Assembly (NCBI GenBank): GCA_002189035.1
Contig: NEEC01000002.1
Span: 5,208,001-5,272,000, forward strand
Direction of reading: 5' to 3'
From: Utricularia gibba
Lineage: Eukaryota > Plantae > Magnoliophyta
DNA length: 64,000 nucleotides
A model generated the notes under the pieces. That model saw only the letters and a program-made list of their open reading frames with translations. It was not told where the DNA came from and made no database searches. Shown piece by piece: positions 13,687-25,713 of this stretch. The position numbers and the translations under genes are program-made. How positions within the stretch are numbered: the first letter of the stretch is position 1; each line of letters starts with the position of its first letter.

Positions 13687-14854
13687 TCGAAGAATCTAAG
13701 GTTCTGTAGGGGGGAAACTTTCGCGCCCCACGTGCACTGTCACATGCATTCCCACATGAAAAATACATCAGAAAATATAAATGATATTTTCGGTGAAGAA
13801 AAGGAATCATTTTTGCAAGAAAAAAACAAAGAAATGAACAATGAAAAAACATTATTGTATGAATATAAAAAATGATATTAACCCTTATTAAATATTCATT
13901 CTTTGATGCTTAGTCATAGGTGATTTAGACATTTAAAATTGTAATTTTTATTATCTCATAATCGTTTCCATTTAAGACGCATAAATTATATTGAATTAAA
14001 AATATAACGAAGTATAATTATTATGAAAAAACTAATAAAACAAATATAATAGTATATATACCACATAACATAAAAGAAGGTAATTGAGGGGTCAGCAAGG
14101 ACAGCTCATTTCCAGTTCAATGGGCATTGATGGAGGAAATATTATGCGTTGGATACAATGGACGTCCCATGACTTAGTTGGCAACGACGGAAGCATCGAA
14201 GCAAGAGGACACGCTAGTGGTGGAGGCTACACTGCAAAGAAAGCGCTGCCAGCGGAGCCCTAGCGTAAAAAGAATACTTTCTGGGTGTTGTTTGTATCAC
14301 CCCACAAGGCCTTTTGATCCCTTTCCATGGAAATGATGCATCTTTTCGTGGCCGCTGGATAGTGGGATTGCTACTGCATTGTATTTTGGAGGTAAGATAT
14401 TAAGGCATACTTTTTCAGTTCAAAGGATCTGGTTTTCGACAATGGATACGGATTCCCTGCTTCCTTCTTCCTGCATTGGTATCCGATTGAGGAATCTGTT
14501 CCTGTTTCCGATGTTGAATATGCATTTTTGCGCTCGGATAAGCGGTTTTGTGTGTGTGGAAGTTGATTCGCTCCCTTATGTTTGCTTCTACGCGTTGGAT
14601 TATGCTAATTTACATGTTAACTGTGAGCAATGGCTGCAATGGACAGTCAAGTTGAGAGATTGAAGGTTTGATACCGATTCCGGAGCTGGAAAAACGAAAT
14701 TTTGGGTGATGGGTTTGGGAACGTTTATGTTTTTGAGCTTTGGGTACTGTTGCTTGGAGATTTGCACTTTGTATCCTGATCTACGTTAGAGTACATTGGC
14801 TGTTTTCATATATGGTGTTCTAAAAATGCTGATCCACTGCAGAAGATACGGGTC

Positions 14855-16237
14855 ATGGCAAACTCAAATGGAACATATAGTACATCAAATATGCTGTTAA
14901 ATGGGAGAACTCCTGTACTTCCTCCTAAAGTTCCATTTCCATGCACATCTTCATCCTTGAACCCCCTTGGTTCAGGGGTATGTCCAAATGCAGCGCAGAA
15001 GCAGAGAAATGCAGCATCGCATCACCAGCGTACTTCTTCTGATTTCTTGATAGAGGATAAACCATCCTGGCTGGATGATCTCCTTGATGAGCCGGAAACA
15101 CCTCTCTATAAGGGTTTTCATCGCCGCTCATCGAGTGATTCGTTTGCATACACTGACTTGCCTAATTATGGGAGCATGGATTCTGTATCTCTAGGTGACA
15201 GGTAAAATAAAATGAATCTATCTTTTTAAGCGTGTCAAAAGTTTCTTGAATGATATTTGGGCTTGCTTTCCTGTACTAGGTTCAAGAGCAAGCAGAGTGA
15301 CCAAACCAATACTGCACCTACTCTTGCTCTTTATCGAGATTCAGGACTTTGGAGCACTTCACAAGATTCCGATAAGAGCCAATCCCGTTTGACAGAAAAT
15401 AAGGATTTGGTTGAATGTGGATATGGGGACGCACAAGCATCTGGAGAGAAGAATAGTCTCTCTGATTCCAAGTCCACAGAAACAGAAACAAAGCGCTCCA
15501 AGCAGTACGTCTTCATTCAGACAATCTTCTCCTGTTTCTAAAAACATTTTGATTATGTTTTAGAAGTGATTCATCATCTGCTTCAGAGTCTAGAAGCTCC
15601 ACTTGCTTCACTAAATTCATTGACTTTTATAGCAAACTGAGGCTGTATCACTCCCGATGTAGTCAGCCCATACACAAACAGTTACTCACACTTTGGTTTT
15701 ATGCAGGCAATATGCACAACGCTCAAGGGTTCGAAGGCTCCAATACATTGCTGAACTTGAAAGAACTGTCCAAGCTCTACAGGCAAACTATTCATCATCC
15801 TATATCTGTATCCGGATAATTTTTAGTTATGTTAAAAATCCCACCTCTTTTCTCACATGGTGTATTGTATGCAATTTCAGGTGGAAAGTTCTCAGGCTTC
15901 TGCTGAAATAGAATTCATCAACCAGAAAAATTTCATCCTGAGCATGGAGAATAAAGCACTTAAGCAACGGTTGGAGGGCTTAGCTCAAGAGCAGCACATC
16001 AAGTACAGTAAGTAAATTTATGTTTCCTTTTTTCATTTAGTTTCCACGGTTTATGACTGTGAACATTGTACAGTGGAGCATGACATCCTGGAGAGGGAAG
16101 TTGGGAGACTAAGGAACTTTTATCAGAAACAACAGCGTTCATCACCTAGTCAAAGGCTCGCTATAAGCAAGGACCTTGAAACGCATTTGGCTAGCCTCAC
16201 CCTGAAACCCAAGGAAGCTGGTACGGCTGGCGACTGA
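14855..16237 (+). CDS. bZIP transcription factor, group E / At4g06598-like. Exons 14855-15201, 15280-15504, 15707-15782, 15881-16007, 16074-16237
   Basis: Conserved N-terminal LPPKVPFP, HHQRTSS, PSWLDDLLDEPE, HRRSSSDS; basic region KRSKQQYAQRSRVRRLQYIAELER; zipper ...ILSMENKALKQRLE; open frame across all junctions; intron 3 is GC-AG. Confidence 0.93.
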
Positions 16238-17157
16238 GATGGTTGCATTACTTACCTTTCAGTCAGCTACTTGCATTCATGTGTAGCTTGGCTCTCTGTA
16301 GCGCTTAATAAACAGTTCTCATCTTCTAGGCTTCATGCTGTGTGCGCCTGGTAGTCTACCAGAACATGATTATCTGGATAATGACTCACCTGAGGTGGTT
16401 GAAGCACAGTCCATTAGCATCATTTCTATGAGACCAATGACTCCTGTAAACTACAAAAATTCCATTTATCATCTCTTATTCATTTTACGTTCAATTTTAA
16501 CCTTATATCACAGAGAGGCATGACATCACTTCTGCTATCTGCTACAGTTATCAGTTCCTCTAATAAGCATGCGGATTGAATGCAAAGTGCATGATGCGCC
16601 TAAGATTCACCCCATCAAAATCCCACCATTCACAATAACGGATATGCATACATGTTGGCAAACAGAAATGCAGTACAGAGATGGGAGAAGTTGCATGCAG
16701 CTTTCACATTCAGATGCTCCCTTTTTTAAAAGCCAATTCACGTTCACTCTTTGAGGAAAGCAGTAAACTTTAGGAGGTGACATGGTTTAAAAGAGTAAAA
16801 GGCCTGCCACCAAAAAACAATCAAAACCACCAGTTACCTTATACATAGTAATACATATTTTTACTGTAGACCTTTAACTTTTGTGTTTTTGCTTTTGCCT
16901 TGTCAATGGGCATATCAACATTTATACATATTAAATACATGACTTAAGATTATGTGTATTTTATCATTAACATAAATAATGAAAATATATTAAATTCAAT
17001 GCTAAATTGGACTTGGAATTTCATCCTACAAATCAAAATCCTCTGTATCTATGATTTGCTTGACACATTTGAATTCATGAAGTGCAAATTAAGCTTCAAC
17101 ACAGAATAGTGACAAGTAGAGGAGGGGGGGGGGGGGGGGAGGGGGGAAGGGGGTGAT

Positions 17158-20100
17158 TGATGGATGGAAAATTTTAAAGGTATTACATTACTAATGGTTT
17201 TACCATCAAAATATATTTATAAAACTAAACAAGAATTCTACATCACATTCATGAAAAAAATAATGTAGTAGTGACAAGTTCAAGTTGTTCCACAAGAAGC
17301 AAATAGTTTTCAATTATAAGTTCTATGCGTAAGCAACAGTAAACAAGAAATTTTTGTCGGGAAGTAGGTTTCTATTCAAAAGAATTTAGTGAAAATTCAT
17401 GAGATAGCTTCACCATCAAAAACAGGTGATAAAATATGTAGATCAATATTTTTTGAAAATTTAAAAGTAACTATTTCATTTAAATCGAAAATTAATCATG
17501 TTTAAAGGAAAAATACTCTCATATCACTGTTCCGATTTAAACATTAAGATAATAAAGAAAACAACAAAGAAAACACATTCAGGCAAGCAAACAAGATAAT
17601 ATGGTTAACATTCAAGTTGGAAATGTAAAAAACGAACATGTTCATGAAAATAAGCATAGAAAGAAAGTGCAGAAAGTAAAATGTTTGTTCAAGTTTCCAA
17701 GTCAGATCCTAGTGCGTGCGTCAGTTTCTTCTTCTATAATAGATTGGCTCTAAAGGTTTGCTAGGAAGGTTCCTAGTGTTCTGCTACAGTTATGGGCGAT
17801 GGAGGTGGTTCAAGTATCACTCTAAACTGCTTCCATCATCTTCTTCGCACAGATTGATTTCTGTTCCATGGGCTCTAGGCACTGGAGGTGAGTTCCACTA
17901 TCATGTTGAAACTGTCCCTCCTTCATCTTCTTCCTTAAAAATGGTTGAAATTCATTGGAAAAACCTCTCTCAACATCTGAAATTTTCATTCTCTCTCTAC
18001 TTGATCGTGCTTGTCTCTTGTTACATGCCTTGGAGAGGCTTCGCTTCTTGTTCCCTGTTTCCCACCAGGTAGTCTTATCTCCTCATGCATGTAGATGCGT
18101 AATTTCCATTTTACCCTTGGACTAATAGTTACTACACATAGTGGTCAGAATATATGGTCCAACCCAAATGGGGTGGATGTTCCTAGGCCTAGATGAACAA
18201 TAAATTCACCTCAACAAGCAAATTAATGCAAAATAGGCCTAAAACAAGTTTTTACACAAAGTGCATTCGATAACTCTAATTTTAACATCTTTACTTATTC
18301 TAACTCACTTAATTCCTTTTCCTAACACTTAAAACACCACAAATACTATCAATTTTGACACAATATCACACTATCCTACAACAATAGTAGACTCATTCCC
18401 GAGTCTTACCCACAATCTAAACTAAACGATTGACTTTGGCTGAATTCTCAATTGATTTGAGAATCTAGTGTAACAATAGGGTATATAAATGAAAGTTTAG
18501 TAGAAAACGAAAGTAAGGCCAATGCTCTCGCAAGACTCAAGGCGACACCCTTAGTGTACTTCGGTCATCTATTCTCAACTCAGGTCTTCCTATCACCTAA
18601 TCCCGAATTAGGCATAGACCATCTATGTACCCAACTCTAGTCTATAGGAGAGGTTGGATTTTTTTTTCTCTAGGGACCCTCAAGATGAAGACTTAGTGCT
18701 TCTCCTTATCACTCCATGTCTTATCTCCAATCCTTATTTCTCCAAGACACTAATTCCCCCCCTTGGAGTTTCCCATTTTATTACTTTTTACACCACAGCT
18801 TTTGTTTGTACCTGCGTTTTTGCCTCTCTATTTATTTACTATTTTTGTTGTTGACTGAATGTTGGATGCACTAAGACTTAAGTCTAATTGGAAAGTGGTT
18901 CAAGTGACCTAATAGAGAATGATGGACCACATACACTAGGGATCACACTCAAGATTGTCGCTCAATTTTTGTTTTAGAAAAAAGGTGGAAGATTAAGATC
19001 AAAATGATCTAGACCTCACAAACAGCTAAGTGGTGCCCATTGTTTGACTAGACACTCAAAGACTACCAATTATTCAACCAAACCTATGACATACTCTTTC
19101 CTAAGTTGATGTACCCACATGAAAAAAACGTAAAACATCCTAAAAAGTTTCAAGAAAATTAAGCAAATAAAAATAAATTGTTCTAAAGATACCTAACCGA
19201 TTAGGTAAGTTCAGGGGTTGGATTCGATTATCTCCTTAAGCTGCTCTTGCTTGAGACGCACGATCTGTTGTTCTAGCCTGGCCACTGCTTCTTCCAACCT
19301 GTTCACCACAATGCACCCACAGATTTGTTTGTCTTCCTCCTTCGCTATAGTAGATGCTGCTGCTGCAGCTTCTCCCATTATTGGCACACGGTGAAGCTCC
19401 TTGTACTCACCCTTCTTCTATTGGGGGATTACGAAAACATTATATCCCCCTCTTCTCTAAATAATTCTTGCATTTTTGAAGAAGGCAATATCTATGGGGA
19501 GATCAGGTTCTCCAAAATACAAGTTCATCCTGGTTAAAACAGAGTTTCCACACAATTGAATAGCAATTAAAGTGACCAAATGTCTAAATCAAAGCGAGAC
19601 CACCCCCTGCCTTCCAACCTCACGCCGCATCAGACCAGCAATTAGGGCACCAGCATTCAAATGCTTCTTAAATGCAATTCACTAGATGACAAACAATTCA
19701 TTTTTGAATAGTGCATTATATGAACGTTGATGACCAAATAAGCATGCTGACACATAAACATGAATTATTCTCTAAATAGGATGTACAAACAAATGAGCCT
19801 TTGTATCCTAAATCTTATACAGAATGTCTACCTTGCTAGTTAAAATCTCATACATTTCAGTAGGTTCAAACTCATTTTCAGACAGAAAATCAAAATAAGA
19901 AGTTTGGAACTCAAGTGAATCAACTTCCCGAGGATCAAGTACATCTAACAGCAGACTCCAATCAACTAACGATAGTGTGTAGTGCTCCCCAAGTAAACGA
20001 AAAATGATTGCTCCGGGCTCATCTACTCCAGTAGATATATCATAATTGAACGTGGTATAGAATTCTTAGCATAACTCAGCACACGCACGCAAATTAAACT

Positions 20101-21975
20101 AAAAAAAGACGTAACAGATGTGTTTGGTTAAGTCTATCCTTGACCTCATATTCCATGCGTAATGCATGTAAAGCCTGTAAATCAATATACCTTGTAGGTT
20201 CCAATAGGCATCCTGGGAATCTCTCTATTTTAGCTCTGCTCATCCGTCTCCCAAATCCTTCCAACGTAGTTTCTCGTTTCTATTAGCTTATGTGTTGTGA
20301 GTATTTCATTTGCTTCTCCTCCGTGTCCGAGTCATCCTATATTACCTGTGCTAACTTTTCTCCAAGATCTACACACTTTGTGTTTGCTAATATGACTTCA
20401 CCTTGGGGCGCATTCTCCTCCTGCTCTGCTTCGTCATCTGATGCACTCTCCTCATTACCTGTGGACTCCTCCATTGGCTCGGGTTGCTCCTCCTACAACT
20501 CCATTTCCGGTTCAAGTTCTGGTTCCTCTACTTCTGGCTCTTGCTCTACATCTTGTTCTTGTTCGTCCAGTACTCGTTCTGGCTCACTCTTCTGCTTTTC
20601 ATCTATTGCTTCCATTTCATTTGTGTCTTCTGATTGTGCATCCTCAGCTTCTTCCTAGAATTCCTTCATTGTGTTGGGCATTTTTGCAAACTCGAATTCC
20701 ATCTACATTTCTTCCAGGGTCTCTCAGCTGGCCATTTCCTCTTCGTGTACCTCTTCCTGCTCTTGCTCTAGTTCCTTCATTGGAACTGGCGGTGATTCTT
20801 CCTTTGGAGTAGGCTCAAGTTCTTCCGCTAGAAGGGGCTCTGATTCAATAACAAATTGTACTGCTTGCTTCTATTATTTTGGTGGTGGTGATGGCACTGA
20901 TGTTGCCTTCCATTTCCCTTTTCCGACAGGTTCTAGTATAGTTTTTTATGCCATTCCTTCTTCCTTTTTCTAAATAAAGAGACCATATCTTATTTACGAA
21001 GTAATTTAACAGCAATAAGTCTAGATCGATCCATAGAAAACAAACAATTTTCAGTTTTTAGTCCTATGTGTAAGTCGGATTAAACATGAGTTTTGTCTGT
21101 AAGTGAGTTTCTACTCCAATTAAAATTTATAAAATACATCCGGTAGACCTAATCTGAAAGCATCATATAAAATATGTAAATATGCATGTCAAGAAATTAA
21201 AAGAAAATATTTCACTTAATTCGAGAGTTAACCATACTGGAAGAGGCCAAAACATCCTCAAGTTTTTCAATTCACATACAAAAACAATACAGAAAAATGT
21301 GAAATAAACAAGTTTAGTCAAGAAAGACATTTAAACAAGGTAAATGTTCAAGCAAGAAATGTAAAATAAGCTAGCAAGTTTACAAAAAGAAATGTAGAAA
21401 TAGAGTGGTGCAAGAAAATCAAAAGTTTGTTATTGCTGCTCTAGTTCATTCTCACTTGCACTTCCTCTTCTTGTCACACATATTGGTTCTCAGGCTCCTT
21501 GGTTGAAGGTCTCTGTCTTTATTAGGTTTCGAGTATTGAAGGTTAGTTCTAGTACCACACTAGAACTATTCCTCCTTCGTCTTCTTCCTTAAAAAATTAT
21601 TCCAAACTTGCCAGAAAAATCTCTAGAAATCAAAATTCTTTATTCTCTCTCCACTCAATCCGGCCTGCCCTACATTGTGCCATGACAAGGCTTGTTCCTT
21701 CTTTCCCACCAGCTGCTCTTATCTAATTGTGCATGCAGATGTGCATTTTCCATTTTATCCCCAACTAATAATAACTACGTACACTAGTCAAAATACGCCG
21801 CCCAGTCCAAATGAGCTGGCTGTTTCTAAGCATGGATAAATAATAAAGTCATTCCCACCCATTAGATTAAAATAAAATGGGCTAAAACACGTATTTATAG
21901 AAAAAAAAATTACTAACACTAATCATAAGCTTTTTTCTCTATTCTAACTCATCTAATTCCTTACCCTAACACTAG
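17158..21975 (-). mobile_element. Internally deleted Athila-like retroelement (LTR family B) retaining only a decayed acidic env-like/extra ORF
   Basis: Complete LTR 17158-18368 (TGAT...ATCA) with a PPT-like tract beyond 18368; second LTR about 20980-21975, truncated at both ends; Glu/Pro-rich decayed ORF about 19200-20960; no gag-pol seen. Confidence 0.7.
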
Positions 21976-24100
21976 TTGTGAATTTTTTAAAGTTGGAAGT
22001 TTGTGTTTCTCTATCATGAGATAATTAACTACATTTTTGCGACTGCCTTCACTAATGATTAGATTACGCATCTTCTCATTCACGAAGCATCTTATATAAA
22101 ATAGGTTGTCTCATTGTTCCTTCATTACCTTATGATAAACGGGAATTTCCTAATATCGTTGCAATAAAAATAAAAAATCTGTATCAAATAAATTTATAAT
22201 CCCTAATCTACACAAAATACAAATTTGGAAAACTTGTATAGTGGATGTCGGGTCGATCACGAAGAGCTTGTGCTTGCTAAGTGTTTTAGTAAATGCCTAA
22301 TTCGAGATAACAGGAAGTCTTAGTCTAAGCTCGGACTAACAGTGGTAAACAAGTTCAGTAAACAAGGTAGGTAAGCAATATCAGGTTTCTACGCTAAGGT
22401 AACAGGTACTGGTTTTGACTCACACTAATACGAGGATGCCTTAAGGATCTGTGGGTGGTGTCATGCGAAGGTTCCTAACTTAATTTACTATCTTCCTACA
22501 CTCACAACTTCGAATAACCTAAGTCTACCCAGGTCATTCATCATATTTTTGGCTTAAGCTAGTCCCCAATATCATAACCAACATTGCAATTAGGTCTACC
22601 CGCATGCAAGGCATATAGAACTAGGTCTACCCGGTTCTACTGGTTCTACCCTGGACTAACACCGACTAATCCTGTCTTGGTTTGTTAGTCTACCTCTAAA
22701 CCAAGCATCTAAGTTGTGAAACTACTTGCTTCCCTCCTTAGGTCTACTCATGGTTTGTTAGAAACAAGAGTTAAGGAATACACATAAATTTCATCATCAA
22801 ACCTAAGCACACACCACACCACTTCACCTTAAGGCATCCCTAAGATTCTAGCCACTCATGCTTTGGAAATAAAACACGATTTCATTCATAAAAGTTGGCC
22901 AAAAGGGCAGAAACATTGTAAACAAGTCAAATACAGAAACTCGAAATGTTCAGAAAACTAGAAAGTAAATAAAGATTGTTCTTCCGCCCGTTAGCTACTG
23001 TTCACCGCCCGGAACAGTAGCGCTGGACTGGGCTCCGGTGCTATTCTTGATGATGGAGGCATTTCTTCCCCCTTCTCGTTGGTGTTTCTCCCGTTGGGGA
23101 AGAAGACCCCTTTGCATCCCCCTGGTCGCTTCACTTCTCCGCGCTCTCCTTTTTTCAAATTAATTTCCTTTTCTTTTGCTTCACTCCATTGCATTGTTTC
23201 TGACTGCCAGTACTATTCCTGTTCTGAACTTGCAGTCTGCAGTAGCAGCAGAACAGTGCTCTTTGTCCTTCTCTGGATTTTGCGCCCTTCTTCACTTGTT
23301 CCACACGTTTGCATGTCTGATTTTCTGCTGATCTCCCTGCTAAACTTACTAAAACATTAGTAACAAAAGTTGTGGATTAAATCAAAGGATTTAGTCCACT
23401 TTTTAGCATAATCACACAAGATTAACATAAACACCACTAAAACATTAAAAACCATATTTATCTAACTCAAACCATAATAAAATATAGCTATTGTGTGTTA
23501 TAAATTTCAGGAAAAATGTGTGTTATCACCTTATCTTCAATTACTCAAGTTCCTCTGGTTACCGAACTTTCTTCTACAACTGCTTGTCACTTACCATCAT
23601 CTAGCTCCTCTACTTCACTCCTACTTTTATTCTCAACTTTAACTCAACATCTTCAAAGTCTTTTAAAATCATGGTCCTCTTGTCAGAGAACTTTGAAGCA
23701 ATGTGACCATACCAAGATATTTGAAACACTTGATATTGTGTACGTATTCAATAGAATTAAAACCCTTGTCCTGATTTCGAGCATCAAGGTGACCTTTGGT
23801 AATAAGTGAGAAATAGGTAAAGAAAAAAATGTGGATAATAGTAGATAGAGATTACTTCTAACACCAAAAAAGAGATATGTTGGTTCTAATAAGGATAAAG
23901 AATGTTGAAATGGAAAAGATGATAGCTTCGAAAGCTAGAAAAGTGTACTGCTTCTAAGATAAAAAAAGAAAGAGTATCGTTTCTAAACCTAGAAAAGAGA
24001 ATTGCTTCTTGATGTCAAAAAAATGGATGAAGTCAGGATCATTTCTCATCTTTCCCTTCAACACACTATTTAGTTTTTTTTTTTTTTTTTGTAGAGGTAA
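21976..24100 (-). pseudogene. Second CRM-like gag/protease remnant, split by a solo LTR
   Basis: IKCFKYLG-GHIASKFSDKRTMILK (knuckle) near 23700; RCFVNEKMRNLIISEGSRKNVV...KLPTLK (protease) at 21980-22110. Confidence 0.7.
22133..23528 (-). mobile_element. Solo LTR, Athila-type family A
   Basis: TG...CA termini; perfect 5-bp TSD CCTTA (22128-22132, 23529-23533); reverse-complement homologue of 37413-38780. Confidence 0.95.
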
Positions 24101-25713
24101 GCAAGAAACACAATACTACCAAAAGAAGAAGATAAATTGTTTTTTGTGTTGATTTTAGAAACAATACAAAAGATAATATATTAATATGAGAAAGATCCTT
24201 TTCATATTGCAGAAAGAACACTAAATGGTATGAAATGAAGAAGATGAAGATTAGCTGTGATATTGCTTGATATGACCCTTCAAATATTACATGTTTGGCA
24301 TACAATCTGTTGGTATTCCAATAAAACACATCTTTTATCTAAGAAAGATGAACCTCAATGAATCTATATCCACACAACCCAACCTATGTAATATGGTATC
24401 AAACTAGATATCATAAACTAAGCTTGATAACTTTAAGTTATTCAAGACCTTGAGGTAAAAGCATTGCTCACAAATCACTAGACTCACAATTATCCATCAT
24501 TTAGAGTGAGAGCCTTATTATATAGTTTGAGAATGAATTTATTCAAAAGATAAGTTATAATAATGTTCATAGGATGGAAAAAACAAATAGGAGCAAATGA
24601 TCCCAACTTCACCCTCTTTGATCCATTTTAAGAAGGTTGAATTAAATGTCGTATTCCTCATAAACATGTTGTTTGATCTATAATCCCTTAAGAAAATTCT
24701 GATTCTTTCATGCTCTTTATCTAATATTTGTTCAACTGAAATCATCAAAAGATTGCTGGTCTTCTATACTCTTATCAAGACATGTGTAGAAGATTTGTCT
24801 CATTATTTTCACAAAGCATATAACAAGGCATGGGCACGAAATTCAATCTTAGTAGAGTCAATATCCAAATGTCTTAGCACTTTGGCTTAGGCATGACATT
24901 TAGACCTTCAGAAAATGGGTCATGTATTATCCATATCCATAAAAATTAGAAGAACCATCAACCAACCACTACTCATGAACTCAAGACACACACATCAACA
25001 TACTTGCTTCCTTATTTTGCTTGCTGAGCTTACCTCAACAAAGATGTCTTAGACATATTTGATATAATTAACATTGAAGTCCATGGTCAAGTCATATTGC
25101 TAGGAGTGTGGGCCTACACTCTTCCATATTGTAAGGACATAATACATAAAACAAAGCAAGTTAAATGGTTTCTACAATTAATTTTATAGAAGCCATGCTT
25201 GTAATGAATATTCACCAAATATAACACATTTTAAAAATCAACAAAATCATCTATCCTTTACAAGAAAAGTCTTAGAAAGAAGTTTTCAATAAAAGACATT
25301 AGGGACTTTAAACATGTTTTGCTAATATAAAATAGAAAAATAATTTTATTGTAATAACCATACACCTTATCTTGTTGAGTTTTTCAAAAAAAAAAAAAAA
25401 GATGCTTTCTAAAAAGACACTCAAAGTATATACCTGTGATAACTATAAAAAAACACAATCATTTCCAAGAAAAAACAAAAAAAAAAAAAAACCACATCAG
25501 CACATGTATTTCAGAAAAATGTAAAAAAGTTGTTTTTGCATCGCATAGTAGCGCTCCTCACACTTGTTTCCTCAATGTATGTAACCACTTCTTAAATTCA
25601 AATGCCTTAGATATGGACTCTCCCCATAGCTCTTGTAGCTTTCCTCAGGACTTTCTCTCTATCCAACTTCCAAAATGACCATTGTTGCTCCTCTTTTATG
25701 TATGTATATATAC

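Larger units (their letters stand above)
8182..13884 (-). mobile_element. Mutator-like element (MULE-1) with decayed MuDRA-like transposase
   Basis: About 110-bp TIRs (8182-8290 vs 13775-13884); perfect 9-bp TSD TTATTAAAT (8173-8181, 13885-13893). Confidence 0.92.

Noticed and set aside
20290-20973. Ser/Cys-rich plus-strand ORFs
   Set aside because: They are antisense shadows of the Glu-rich decayed retroelement ORF on the minus strand.
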